In this document: one piece after another, positions 8,820 through 18,305 of the stretch
How positions within the stretch are numbered: the first letter of the stretch is position 1
Layout of the letters: every line of letters begins with the position of its first letter
Assembly (NCBI GenBank): GCA_965603765.1
Contig: CBFDEG010000003.1
Coordinates: 1-50,706, forward strand
DNA: 50,706 bases
DNA from: an uncultured bacterium
GTDB lineage: Bacteria > Nitrospirota > Thermodesulfovibrionia > UBA6902
Reading direction: 5' to 3'
Position numbers and translations under genes: made by a program
Notes under the pieces: generated by a model
Databases searched by the model: none
What the model was told of the DNA's origin: nothing
Seen by the model: only the letters and a program-made list of their open reading frames with translations

Positions 8820-11075
8820 TTAAAAAGTCCTTCCGAGAAAGAAATAGCCCGCACTCTGTCCCTGATCTATATATCCTAAACCAAGGTAGAGCGGTCCCAG
8901 GATCGTATCATATCCTACAAAGACACTCCCGGCTAACTGAAGATCATCAAAATCGAAATCCTCCTGCCACACATTTCCTGTTTCCAGTGATCCGCCCAGA
9001 TAGAAGTCACCTATAAAGGACGTACCGGCTTTGTGGTAGGTGATGAGCTTGCCGATAGCCATATGCTGGCCCCGGAGCTGATTTTGCTGGAGGCCTGAAA
9101 GATCGAGAAACCCTCCAAGTTTCAGTTCATCATAAAAGGGGAGTTCTTCATCAATATGCGAACCGGCCTTGACGCTCGCAAGAACGGTCTGCTTTTTAAA
9201 GGTGAATGCACCCAGGACTGTGCCTTCGACCTTATTGTAACTTTCATCTGCGCCCAGGTTCTCCACGGAGGAAAAAGATTGAATATAAGCTAAATATCCT
9301 TCATTGGGGAAATGCACGTTGTCAAGCTGGTCAAGTGCTGCCCGGAATAAAATGCCTCTCCGGTCAAAACTGTCATCAGGCAGTTCAAAGTCTCCTGTCC
9401 TCAATGAAGCCTCTTCCCTTGCAAATACAAACCCGACCCTTGCCTCACCATACATCCATGGCTGAATACCGACATCAAGTCCGAGTTCATATCCAGAGAC
9501 CCGGTACTCGGCAATTCTGTCGTTGTCATCATAGAGATCTACGGGTCTCTGTTTCCATTCAACGTGCGGTGATACGAAAAAGAGCCTGTTGGCCGTCACT
9601 GGCTGATAGAATTCCGAGTAAATGCCGCTGGGAGAGCCAATATCGATCTTGGTTTTCCATTCTGCTCCGAGAGAGTTTATCCACCGCCTTGTGTAATCAA
9701 TAAGGATATTGTATCTGCTGATCCCCTCTAAATCGCTCTCCAGTGCCATACCGAAACGAATATAATTCGGTCCCCAGTCCTTTTCCTTTGCCTTCACGAT
9801 GAGGTCATAGCCGTCTCTCTCTCTTTTCATTTGAATATCAACGCGCTCGAAATCCCCCATACCATACACCCGTCCCGCGTTTTTCTCCAAAGCCTCTATA
9901 TCTACAGTGTCGCCTTCTTTTATCTCAAGTCTGCTCGCCACCACCTCGGGAGACATTCCGCTTTCTCCCTCTACCTCGATCTTCACTGAAGCGATCTTCA
10001 CCTCTTTCACCTCATCACGATGATTTTTTTTAGCAAAAGCGGAATATTCGCTGTCCGAAACAGAATATTTTGAGAGCGCATTAATGTGTTCACGGGCGGT
10101 TTTTTCCCCTATAATTGAGATCTCTGCGGCCTTATCAAAGTCTCCGGAGCCGAGTTCACCAAGTTCAGGGTGGATGTATATATCGTTCGAACTGAGGGTG
10201 TCGATCTGATCCTTGACATTTTTTTTCATCATGATGTCGACCATCTGATTCAGGATCTTAAAGGGCCCTTCAAGGTCCTTACGGGTAAGCAATGGTTTTC
10301 CAACATCAATGCAGATAACGATATCCGCGCCCATATCGCGTACGATGTCTACAGGTACGTTCCGGACAATGCCGCCGTCAATAAGAAGGCGGCCGTTCAG
10401 TTCAATAGGAGGAAAAGCACCGGGCACCGACATACTCGCCCGCGCCGCATCAGCGAGACGCCCTTTTCTAAGAACAACGATCTCACCTGTTTCAAGATCG
10501 GTCGCCACCGCACGAAAGGGGATCGGAAGCTTGTCAAAATCATCAATTTCTATAGTATGGAGCATTAGCACCTCGAAGAGAACATTCACCTTCTGGTCCT
10601 TGACAAGGCCCTTGGGAAAGCGTATGCTGCCACCTTCCATTCCAAGCGTAATACCTGAGACGATGTCATAGTCTTCACGTTTCCTGCGGAAGTCAATATC
10701 CTTACGGGCAGGATTTCCTGAAAAAACATCTTTCCAGTCAATGGAGGTAATAATACTTTCGATCTCATCAGCAGAAAGGCCCGAAGCATAGAGGGATCCC
10801 ACGATAGCACCCATGCTCGTGCCGGCAATGTAATCAATGGGGATCTTCAGCTCTTCCAGCACTTTCAACACCCCGATGTGTGCAGCACCTTTCGCTCCTC
10901 CTCCCGCGAGTACAAGGCCGATCTTTGGACGGTCCGGCTTTTCCGGTGATGAAGATCCTGCATCGACCGGACATGACCATCCCTCAGCAAAGATGATGAT
11001 GATCATACTCCAGACCAGCAGGATCAAAGCTTTCCTTTTCGGTCTCATCCTTCTATCCTCCTTCACCGTCAACAA
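8820..11075 (-). CDS. Patatin-like phospholipase fused to POTRA + Omp85 barrel (PlpD / type Vd secretion)
   Basis: GGGAKG oxyanion motif, GTSMG nucleophile, DGG, POTRA-like region, C-terminal GPLYLGLG...FFLGRTF barrel end. Confidence 0.92.
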   Translation of the reverse strand: MLTVKEDRRMRPKRKALILLVWSMIIIIFAEGWSCPVDAGSSSPEKPDRPKIGLVLAGGGAKGAAHIGVLKVLEELKIPIDYIAGTSMGAIVGSLYASGLSADEIESIITSIDWKDVFSGNPARKDIDFRRKREDYDIVSGITLGMEGGSIRFPKGLVKDQKVNVLFEVLMLHTIEIDDFDKLPIPFRAVATDLETGEIVVLRKGRLADAARASMSVPGAFPPIELNGRLLIDGGIVRNVPVDIVRDMGADIVICIDVGKPLLTRKDLEGPFKILNQMVDIMMKKNVKDQIDTLSSNDIYIHPELGELGSGDFDKAAEISIIGEKTAREHINALSKYSVSDSEYSAFAKKNHRDEVKEVKIASVKIEVEGESGMSPEVVASRLEIKEGDTVDIEALEKNAGRVYGMGDFERVDIQMKRERDGYDLIVKAKEKDWGPNYIRFGMALESDLEGISRYNILIDYTRRWINSLGAEWKTKIDIGSPSGIYSEFYQPVTANRLFFVSPHVEWKQRPVDLYDDNDRIAEYRVSGYELGLDVGIQPWMYGEARVGFVFAREEASLRTGDFELPDDSFDRRGILFRAALDQLDNVHFPNEGYLAYIQSFSSVENLGADESYNKVEGTVLGAFTFKKQTVLASVKAGSHIDEELPFYDELKLGGFLDLSGLQQNQLRGQHMAIGKLITYHKAGTSFIGDFYLGGSLETGNVWQEDFDFDDLQLAGSVFVGYDTILGPLYLGLGYIDQGQSAGYFFLGRTF

Positions 11076-11202
11076 GGTTTACTCCTGCGTAATGTAATAA
11101 TTACTTGAGTATATCCATCTTCCTTTTCTCAAGATATAGTCCCCGCAACCAGGCTGCCTTTTATAGTTTTCATCCATTATCCCTCTGGCAATAATGAATA
11201 TA

Positions 11203-11835
11203 CTATGGACTTGCGACCGGTCTTTCGTGATATCTGAGCACATTAATGGAAACAGCGATAACACGGCTGAGATCCGCAAGCACCCTGCTCTCTGCAGCAA
11301 CCAGCGAGGCATAGTCCGTCCCGTCTGCCTGCTCGCCGATGTTTGCCGCATCCATTAATATCACCTTCTTTTCTTTCCCTTCCAGTATCCTCCAGGTCGC
11401 CTTAAGCACTACATGCCCGGCAGTTCCTTCGAATCGGGCCACATCAACCTCGACCCTGTAATTGAGCGAAGCGTAGCTCTTCCAGGGATAAGTGTAGACA
11501 TGCCCGGTGGAAAGTAAAGCGGAAAGATTTTCCGCCAGAACCCGCGATATATCAGTTTCAAGCGAGCCGGCCCACTTATCAAAATCGGAAATTTTTATTT
11601 CGTTTTGACCGGTGCGGGTCACTATCTGCGGTCTGTCCAGATAGTCGGGGATCTTGACAGGGCCTACACCGACACTGAGATCACGGTCTGCCGGGACAGA
11701 CCTGTATGCTGCGTCAGGGCTTACCTCAGAGGTAAGGCTGTAAAATTTCGTTGGTGCCGTGCCGGCGCATCCGGTCAATATAAGAAAGACTCCCAGAATA
11801 CATCTCGCACTGATTAACGAAAGATAGTTCATCAT
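11203..11835 (-). CDS. pqiC: PqiC-family (ABC-type auxiliary) lipoprotein
   Basis: Lipobox LTGC, VGPVKIPDYLDRPQIVTR, W-A-x-x-L motif. Last gene of the MCE operon. Confidence 0.85.
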   Translation of the reverse strand: MMNYLSLISARCILGVFLILTGCAGTAPTKFYSLTSEVSPDAAYRSVPADRDLSVGVGPVKIPDYLDRPQIVTRTGQNEIKISDFDKWAGSLETDISRVLAENLSALLSTGHVYTYPWKSYASLNYRVEVDVARFEGTAGHVVLKATWRILEGKEKKVILMDAANIGEQADGTDYASLVAAESRVLADLSRVIAVSINVLRYHERPVASP

Positions 11836-11836
11836 T

Positions 11837-12835
11837 TCATTCTCCTTTGGGACTGCCTTTGCCTCTAAGCAAAGCCTCTGGATGGCGTTCGAGATAATCT
11901 GATAAAAAGCGGATCGAGCGCGCGGCGGCTGTCAGCTCTTCCAATGTATTATTCAATTCATACACAGTACTGGAATCCTCACCTGCAACACCCTGCAGCG
12001 ATGACAAGGTAAGATCGACCTTTTTCATTGTATTGTTAACAGTGGCGAGAGTCTCATTGACGCCCGATGCCAGCTCAGCCGGGACGCCTTCCTCCATAGC
12101 CAGGGTCTTATCTGCCTGTTCCATGGTTTTGCGGGCCGCTTTAGAAGTAGCCATGATATCGGACACCACCGGTTTGATCTCACTGTCAATATCTGCTGCC
12201 AGCTTCTGTATCTCCTTAAGCACCTTTTCTGCAGCTTCGATACTGCCGGTCAGCGCAGGAGAATTAAGAATATTCTGAAGCCCTTCAACCGCACCGCTTA
12301 ATTTATTGAATATTTCTTCAAAGGGGATATTTTCAAGTGTCTTTGAAAGTTGTTCCATGTCAGAAGGAATTGTAGGCAATTCGGGATACTCGCTCTTTCC
12401 CCCTATAAGATTTACAGGTTTGTCCTTTTCAAAGTCGACATTTACCATCAGCTGGCCCGTCACCACACTCTGTAACATAAGCTTGGCCTTTATTCCGTGT
12501 CCTATAAGTTCCTCTACGCTTCTCTTTTGTGCCTCAGCACCATCGATCGGCTGGAACCGGCCCTGTTCGATCTCTATGATCACAGGAATAAACATGGACA
12601 GATCTTTGGGATCGTATTTCAGCGAAATATCAGTTACCGAGCCTATCTTAACGCCGCGGAACATAACCGGGGACCCGATATTCAGCCCCTTGACAGATCC
12701 CTGAAAGTAGAGGACATAGAAATCGGTTTCTTCCAGGAACTTGCCTGAACCGAAGATCAGTATCCCTGCTGTTATCAGGACTATGGCGCCAACAACAAAG
12801 GCGCCGATGACTGTCTTATTAGCCTGTTTGCTCAT
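11837..12835 (-). CDS. MCE/MlaD family protein with helical extension (PqiB-like C-terminus)
   Basis: GSVKGLNIGSPVMFRGVKIGSV MCE motif and C-terminal YLERHPEALLRGK. Confidence 0.92.
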   Translation of the reverse strand: MSKQANKTVIGAFVVGAIVLITAGILIFGSGKFLEETDFYVLYFQGSVKGLNIGSPVMFRGVKIGSVTDISLKYDPKDLSMFIPVIIEIEQGRFQPIDGAEAQKRSVEELIGHGIKAKLMLQSVVTGQLMVNVDFEKDKPVNLIGGKSEYPELPTIPSDMEQLSKTLENIPFEEIFNKLSGAVEGLQNILNSPALTGSIEAAEKVLKEIQKLAADIDSEIKPVVSDIMATSKAARKTMEQADKTLAMEEGVPAELASGVNETLATVNNTMKKVDLTLSSLQGVAGEDSSTVYELNNTLEELTAAARSIRFLSDYLERHPEALLRGKGSPKGE

Positions 12836-13590
12836 TAGCCAACTCCTCGTGTCAAAAAGTTATGTATCTTCGGGTCCTCTGACTCTGCAAGCAGTTTATT
12901 AGGGTCACCGACGGCGATCATTGTCTTGGTGTCCGGATCGAGAAATACAGAGTTATTACCAATTGCAAAGATACTCGCCAGTTCATGAGTAACTATTATG
13001 ACTGTGGCGCCGAGACTGTCCCGCAGTTCAAGGATCAGTTCATCAAGCAGGTGTGCGCTTATCGGATCCAGCCCTGCAGACGGCTCATCAAAAAAGAGCA
13101 TGTCAGGATCAAGCGCCATGGCACGGGCCAGGCCCGCACGCTTTTTCATCCCCCCGCTGATCTCGGATGGATAGTAATCCTCGAAACCTGTCAGGCCGAC
13201 AAGGGAGAGTTTAAGCGAGATCAGCTCACGGATCTGAGCTCGTGACAGATCCGTATACTCCTCAAGCGGAAGGGCCACATTCTCTGCCAGGGTCATCGAG
13301 CTCCATAGGGCGCCGCTCTGGTAGAGCATCCCAAACTGCCTCTTCAGGCGCTCCTGTTCCTCCGGTTCCGCGTCCCAGAAACTTATGCCTTTATAGAGCA
13401 CCTGTCCGCGTGCCGGCCTCTGAAGCCCGACCATGTGCCGGAGAAGGGTACTCTTTCCGCATCCGCTTCCGCCCATGATGATAAAGATATCACCCTTGTT
13501 GACAGTGAAGGTCAGGTCCCTCTGAACAACAAAGCTCCCGAACGCCATGGTGAGGTCCTGTATAGTTATGTGCGGTTTCCCATTATTCAT
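12835..13590 (-). CDS. mlaF: MlaF-family ABC ATPase
   Basis: GGSGCGKS, EISGGMKKRAGLARA, FFDEPSAGLDP. Confidence 0.93.
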   Translation of the reverse strand: MNNGKPHITIQDLTMAFGSFVVQRDLTFTVNKGDIFIIMGGSGCGKSTLLRHMVGLQRPARGQVLYKGISFWDAEPEEQERLKRQFGMLYQSGALWSSMTLAENVALPLEEYTDLSRAQIRELISLKLSLVGLTGFEDYYPSEISGGMKKRAGLARAMALDPDMLFFDEPSAGLDPISAHLLDELILELRDSLGATVIIVTHELASIFAIGNNSVFLDPDTKTMIAVGDPNKLLAESEDPKIHNFLTRGVG

Positions 13591-13602
13591 ATAGCCTCTT
13601 TA

Positions 13603-14745
13603 TTAAATGCCCAACACCTGGCACATAAGAGTAATTATCGCAGTCGCTACAATGATACTGACGATCCCGGTCACCACTGCTGACGTGGCTGCATCTCCGA
13701 CCGCTGATGCGCTTCGGCCGCACTGAATTCCTCTCAGACATCCCGACAGTGCCACGAGAACGCCGAAGACAGCACTGTGAAATAACCCTATCCATAAATT
13801 ATTCAGATCCAAAGCTCTTTTAGTCTCTTCATAGTATTCCACTATACTTATATCCAGCATAGTTATACCCACGATCATTCCCCCCAGGATTCCCATCAGG
13901 TCTGCATAAAGACAGAGAAGAGGCATCATCAGCATAAGGGCAAGCATTCGCGGGAGCACCAGGAATTCCATTGGTGAAATTCCCATAGTATTCAGGGCAT
14001 CGATCTCTTCATTGACCTGCATTGTGCCAAGCTGTGCTGCAAAGGCGGCCCCGGTGCGGCCCGCCATAATTATTCCGGTCATGATGGCGCCCATTACACG
14101 GACCATGGCTATGCCCACCAGGTCTGCCACATAGATCTGCGCACCGAACATCCTTAACTGGATGGCACCAACAAAGGCGAGGATCAGCCCGACCAGCAAG
14201 CTGATGAGCGACACAATGGGGAATGCCTTTGCTCCGCAATCCTGAATGGTCACAAAAAGATCAGACCGGCGATATTGCGCTTTACCTCTTAACAATTTAA
14301 TAAAGGCAGTTGATGCATCTCCGATAAAGTTCAGCATTTCAATAGTTGAATGCCAGAGATCAAGTGCGGCACGGCCCGTCTCTTCCAGAAAAGGAGTGCG
14401 AACAGATTCCCTGCGGGCACCCTTTCTCTCAGGAACAGCAGAGGCAAGGGCCAGAAGGCGCTGAACACCCCGGGGTAATCCTTCCTGATCTGTTTGAATA
14501 TTATTACTGGAGCAGAGATCAATAACTTTTATTAAGAACGTCAAAAGACCGCTGTCCCACTCCTTAAGGCTTTGTGTATCAAAAGTTATATGTTTGAGAT
14601 GGGGCCCGGATTCAACCTCTTTTTCCAGATCACTGATAGATGGCAGCTCATTCCCGATCTTCCAGTTTCCATCAAGATTAAGAAGCAATATATCTTCAGC
14701 CGGCCTGCTAAAGCTAATAGTGCATGGAGAAGACATTGTTTCCAT
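13603..14745 (-). CDS. mlaE: MlaE-family permease with N-terminal STAS domain
   Basis: STAS-like N-terminus (WDSGL), AGRTGAAFAAQLGTMQVNEEIDAL, VGDAATSAVV. Confidence 0.93.
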   Translation of the reverse strand: METMSSPCTISFSRPAEDILLLNLDGNWKIGNELPSISDLEKEVESGPHLKHITFDTQSLKEWDSGLLTFLIKVIDLCSSNNIQTDQEGLPRGVQRLLALASAVPERKGARRESVRTPFLEETGRAALDLWHSTIEMLNFIGDASTAFIKLLRGKAQYRRSDLFVTIQDCGAKAFPIVSLISLLVGLILAFVGAIQLRMFGAQIYVADLVGIAMVRVMGAIMTGIIMAGRTGAAFAAQLGTMQVNEEIDALNTMGISPMEFLVLPRMLALMLMMPLLCLYADLMGILGGMIVGITMLDISIVEYYEETKRALDLNNLWIGLFHSAVFGVLVALSGCLRGIQCGRSASAVGDAATSAVVTGIVSIIVATAIITLMCQVLGI

Positions 14746-14897
14746 TATCAGGTCCTATTGATCTCAGTTAATGATCTTGTATTTGCTCTTTCAATTCTCT
14801 CCGTCCAGTTGACCAGGTGCGGGCCACTTGCCGGGAGAGTAATTCCTCAAGCCTTATATGTTAATGGCGCATTTACGGACATTGATCCTTTGTCCGG

Positions 14898-15563
14898 TTA
14901 TTCTCCTTTTGATATAAAAAGCATAACCTGCTTTTTGCCATGGATCGTATCTAACCAGTTCCGCAGCCTGTGTGCCCAGAATTTAAAGACATCCTTAGTG
15001 TGCTCCCATTCATCCGTACTATTAACAGTTTTATTTTTATAACCTGTTTTCGTGTCTATTACCGCGCCGAGCCTCTCATTCGTCATTGAGTCAAGAAACT
15101 CTGCTTTTATCGATGCCCCTCCTACACTTAAGGGGATGTCAGACGAATTATCCTGAATTAATGGGGTTACGTTGTTTATAACAACTCGAACACGCATTGC
15201 ATTAGGACGAGATTGTTTAGATAATGGATATGCACCCTTTAAGGCATCAGCAAATGTCTCGTTGAATGCTTTTCGTAAATCCCTTAATGCCTGCGGCGAT
15301 ATGGCATTAGATTGAGCAGTTGATTCAAAATAAAAATTGACGGGATCCAATATAACGACCTGATATTTAGTAAAATCAATGTCTTTTCTGATTTCAACCA
15401 GGTCGGCCCCGCCTGGCGGCCCGGGTTTAAAATCCGGATATCCCCCATGGAAAAATGCGACCTCTTTCTGAGAACACCCTGCAACCATCGTTAGCGCAAT
15501 ACTCATTACAAAGACAAAGAAATTTTTTAATATACAGTTCATTGTTTCTCCGATCTTATTCAT
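14898..15563 (-). CDS. DUF3313 family lipoprotein (second paralog)
   Basis: Lipobox VAGC, KYQVVILDPV, GGASIKAEFLDSMTNERL, FWAHRLR. Start may be ATG 15542. Confidence 0.8.
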   Translation of the reverse strand: MNKIGETMNCILKNFFVFVMSIALTMVAGCSQKEVAFFHGGYPDFKPGPPGGADLVEIRKDIDFTKYQVVILDPVNFYFESTAQSNAISPQALRDLRKAFNETFADALKGAYPLSKQSRPNAMRVRVVINNVTPLIQDNSSDIPLSVGGASIKAEFLDSMTNERLGAVIDTKTGYKNKTVNSTDEWEHTKDVFKFWAHRLRNWLDTIHGKKQVMLFISKGE

Positions 15564-15595
15564 ATCTACAAGCGAGTTTTAGTATTCTTAATTCC

Positions 15596-15668
15596 AATTT
15601 ATAGGATTTTTTCATATATAAACAGCCCCAAAAGTGGTAATTACAGTGATAAAAAAGTGATAATTTTG
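15596..15668 (-). promoter_or_regulatory. Box A array with -10 element, copy 1
   Basis: Top strand AACAGCCCCAAAAGTGGTAA-TTAC-AGTGATAA-AAA-AGTGATAA-TTTTG (15621-15668). On the minus strand, TAAATT lies 18 nt after CTGTTT. Confidence 0.75.
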
Positions 15669-15671
15669 CAT

Positions 15672-15699
15672 GTAGGAGCAAGGCGATGCCTCGCCCTTC
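15672..15699. repeat. Degenerate GTAG-family REP
   Basis: GTAGGAGCAAGGCGATGCCTCGCCCTTC, an imperfect palindrome overlapping the hydrolase stop codon. Confidence 0.6.
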
Positions 15700-17170
15700 A
15701 TTGCCCTTGCCCCGTAATATATTCGATCTCCATGACAATGCGGCTTTCCAGATACGGGAAAAAGGGATTGTGGCGAAGACGCATGAGCTGGTTTAACGGC
15801 GCGGTCAGGAGATGAGTCTCCCCCCGCGGCTCCAGAGTACCAAGCGGCAGGCCGTTGTATGTATCGACGTCATTTCCGCCTGTACCATAGACCGGATCGT
15901 CGGGAGAGAACGGGACTGCCACGTGCGACAGGGAATACACACCCCGGGGCCACGCCATATCCAATACCCTGGAATTGACATCACCGGAGCGGGTCGCTCT
16001 GCTCCGACTGACCATTTGCCTGGAATTCCCGGCAGTGTTGGTGATCACCGTGAGTCTGTAGGGAAGATCAGTACGGGCCGCCAGAATATCGAGCGGCAAC
16101 TGGTTTTCCTCTGGTAGAAAGGATGAAAGCCGGTCAAGGCGGTTCATATCAAAGACGACGAGTTCACTTCCTTCATTTTCAAGCTTGCCATAAAGTTGGT
16201 CGATGGTGGCAGAGGTCTCAACGGTTGCGTCAATCCACGAGAGAAAGGTAAGTACCGCCGGAAAGTCTCCAAAAATACCGGCTGTCCGGGCCTCATCCAC
16301 CCGGCGCTGAAGCGCAGCTGTAAGGTTATACGCCTGCTGCGCAGCATTCAGGGGGAAAGAATTATATTTAAAGGGGTCGTACTCCGGCTCGATAGACTCC
16401 CATTGAGACTTCTCAAAGTAGGGCAGGAAGCTCAGAAGCTTAAGATATTTCGAAATATTAGCAACCGGCTTGATACCGATCTCCGGGGAGAAGAGCACCA
16501 GCCGGTCTGCACGGGGCAGGCCCGAATCAAACAGGGCATCAAGGGAATACTTGACAGCCAGTCCGCCGCCGTTCGAATATCCTGCGATCACAAAGGGCGC
16601 GTCATTCCCGATCCGCTCACGGACGTGACGCGCTCCGAAGCGGCTTGCCGCCGCCCAGTCTTCCCAGTGCGCCTCTGTCAGAGCAGCCGGTACAGTGCCA
16701 TGCCCCGGCAGGCGGAGCGCGAGAACATAAAACCCCTGTGCATGAAAGATCCCGCCGATCCGGCGCATGCTATAGGGGGAGTCAGTAAGACCATGCAGCA
16801 GCAGGACACCTCCCTGAATGCGCTCAGGAACAAGCTCAAAGGTCCGGTTCCAGTTGTGCTGCCATTGCCCGGAATCCTGCAGTCCGCCGGCCAAGTACCG
16901 GCTGAACGTCATGGCTTCTGTCGATTCCACACGGTCGTATACCTTCTCCTTAAGTTCACGGAAAAGCCGCTCTTCCCGATCAATATAGTCCTTCAGTGTA
17001 CTTTGAGGCGTCGCATCACTGGCCGTGAACTCGCTCGATAGCGACACTGTGTGCCATATGCCGAGAGCCGGCATCTTACGGGAATCGAAAGCCCATACAA
17101 GCAGTACAGTGACGGCGATAAGCCCTGCAAGCAGAACGCCCCTGATGATCCATTTCATAATGCGCTTCAT
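15698..17170 (-). CDS. Membrane-anchored alpha/beta hydrolase (esterase/lysophospholipase-like)
   Basis: N-terminal TM, LLHGLTDSPY, LPGHG, GYSNG nucleophile elbow, SHVAVP His. Confidence 0.88.
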   Translation of the reverse strand: MKRIMKWIIRGVLLAGLIAVTVLLVWAFDSRKMPALGIWHTVSLSSEFTASDATPQSTLKDYIDREERLFRELKEKVYDRVESTEAMTFSRYLAGGLQDSGQWQHNWNRTFELVPERIQGGVLLLHGLTDSPYSMRRIGGIFHAQGFYVLALRLPGHGTVPAALTEAHWEDWAAASRFGARHVRERIGNDAPFVIAGYSNGGGLAVKYSLDALFDSGLPRADRLVLFSPEIGIKPVANISKYLKLLSFLPYFEKSQWESIEPEYDPFKYNSFPLNAAQQAYNLTAALQRRVDEARTAGIFGDFPAVLTFLSWIDATVETSATIDQLYGKLENEGSELVVFDMNRLDRLSSFLPEENQLPLDILAARTDLPYRLTVITNTAGNSRQMVSRSRATRSGDVNSRVLDMAWPRGVYSLSHVAVPFSPDDPVYGTGGNDVDTYNGLPLGTLEPRGETHLLTAPLNQLMRLRHNPFFPYLESRIVMEIEYITGQGQ

Positions 17171-17178
17171 ATAGTTTC

Positions 17179-17228
17179 ACTTTAAAGGAATATTAATTGT
17201 CAGAACAGCCCCAAAAGTGGTAATTTTG
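17179..17228 (-). promoter_or_regulatory. Box A with -10 element, copy 2 (single unit)
   Basis: AACAGCCCCAAAAGTGGTAATTTTG at 17204-17228. On the minus strand, TAAAGT lies 18 nt after CTGTTC. Confidence 0.72.
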
Positions 17229-17231
17229 CGT

Positions 17232-17258
17232 GTAGGGGCGGAGAGACCCCGCCTCTGC
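17232..17258. repeat. Degenerate GTAG-family REP
   Basis: GTAGGGGCGGAGAGACCCCGCCTCTGC, an imperfect palindrome. Confidence 0.65.
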
Positions 17259-17267
17259 GGAGATTTT

Positions 17268-18305
17268 CTATTCCGCAGGATTTGGTCCAAGGAATAATGC
17301 CAGCCTTTTTGTTTCTTCGCTGCTTTCGAGCATTATCTTGATCTTCATAGTGAGCACGACTGACAGTAGCATTCCTACAGGTCCGAACACCCAGCCCCAG
17401 AAAAGAAGAGAAAAAAACACAACCATTGTCGAGAGGCCAAGTCCTTTGCCCATGAATCGAGGCTCGACCACGCTGCCCATGACAATATTAATAACAAGAT
17501 AACAGGCAGCTACTGCCAGGCCGCTTCCAGGGCCCAATTGGATCATTGTTAGCAGAACAGCCGGAACAGCCGCGATGATCGATCCTATAGTGGGTATATA
17601 ATTAAAGGCAAAGGTAAGCATTCCCCACATAAACGGGTAATCAACGCCAATAACCAAAAGAGAGATAGATATAAGTGTGCCGGTGACAAAGCTTATTATT
17701 GTTTTGATAGACATATAATGTTTCACACTGGTATTGAATTCTTGAAACTGAAGAATTTGTTTACCTTCGGTGCCATAAACAGCCCTTAATTTGGCAGGCA
17801 GATTATCTGCTTCAAGTGAAATAAAGATAACCATTAACAGGACAATGAAACCATTGGTAAATAAGGAGCTTATTTCGCTGAAAAGTTGACCGGCATACTT
17901 CATGACTGCCTCCGGGTTTAACATTTCACGCAGCCCATTTCCTTCAAGATGCAGGCCTTTACTGCCAAGAAAGGTAAAAAGCTGTTCCATCTGCTGGTGT
18001 AATTTTTTCCCATATTCCGGTATATTTTTCAAGAAATCGTTTACTGATGAACCGACAACTACTACAGCAAACAGCCCGGCACAACATAAAAGGGCCAGTA
18101 CCATGAAAAGGGCGAGCCATTCAGGAACTCCTTTTCTTTGAAACCAGGATATGGGCCCGCTGCAGATAATGGCAATGAAAATTGCCATCATAAGAGGGAC
18201 CAGTACAGCCTTGGCCTGCATCATCCCGGCAATGATCACCACAAGACCGGCAATGATCATGATAATGTGAAAGATAGAGAAGGTGTTTAACTCAGATTTT
18301 CCCAT
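17268..18305 (-). CDS. AI-2E family transporter
   Basis: Multi-TM protein with FNYIPTIGS, EPRFMGKGLGLS and FWGWVFGPVGMLLSV. The likely start is ATG 18305 (MGKSE), overlapping the upstream stop. Confidence 0.92.
   Translation of the reverse strand: MGKSELNTFSIFHIIMIIAGLVVIIAGMMQAKAVLVPLMMAIFIAIICSGPISWFQRKGVPEWLALFMVLALLCCAGLFAVVVVGSSVNDFLKNIPEYGKKLHQQMEQLFTFLGSKGLHLEGNGLREMLNPEAVMKYAGQLFSEISSLFTNGFIVLLMVIFISLEADNLPAKLRAVYGTEGKQILQFQEFNTSVKHYMSIKTIISFVTGTLISISLLVIGVDYPFMWGMLTFAFNYIPTIGSIIAAVPAVLLTMIQLGPGSGLAVAACYLVINIVMGSVVEPRFMGKGLGLSTMVVFFSLLFWGWVFGPVGMLLSVVLTMKIKIMLESSEETKRLALFLGPNPAE

Noticed and set aside
16196-17041. 281-aa plus-strand ORF
   Set aside because: It is an antisense shadow of the alpha/beta hydrolase with no motifs or RBS. 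The same applies to the other short overlapping ORFs in the track.
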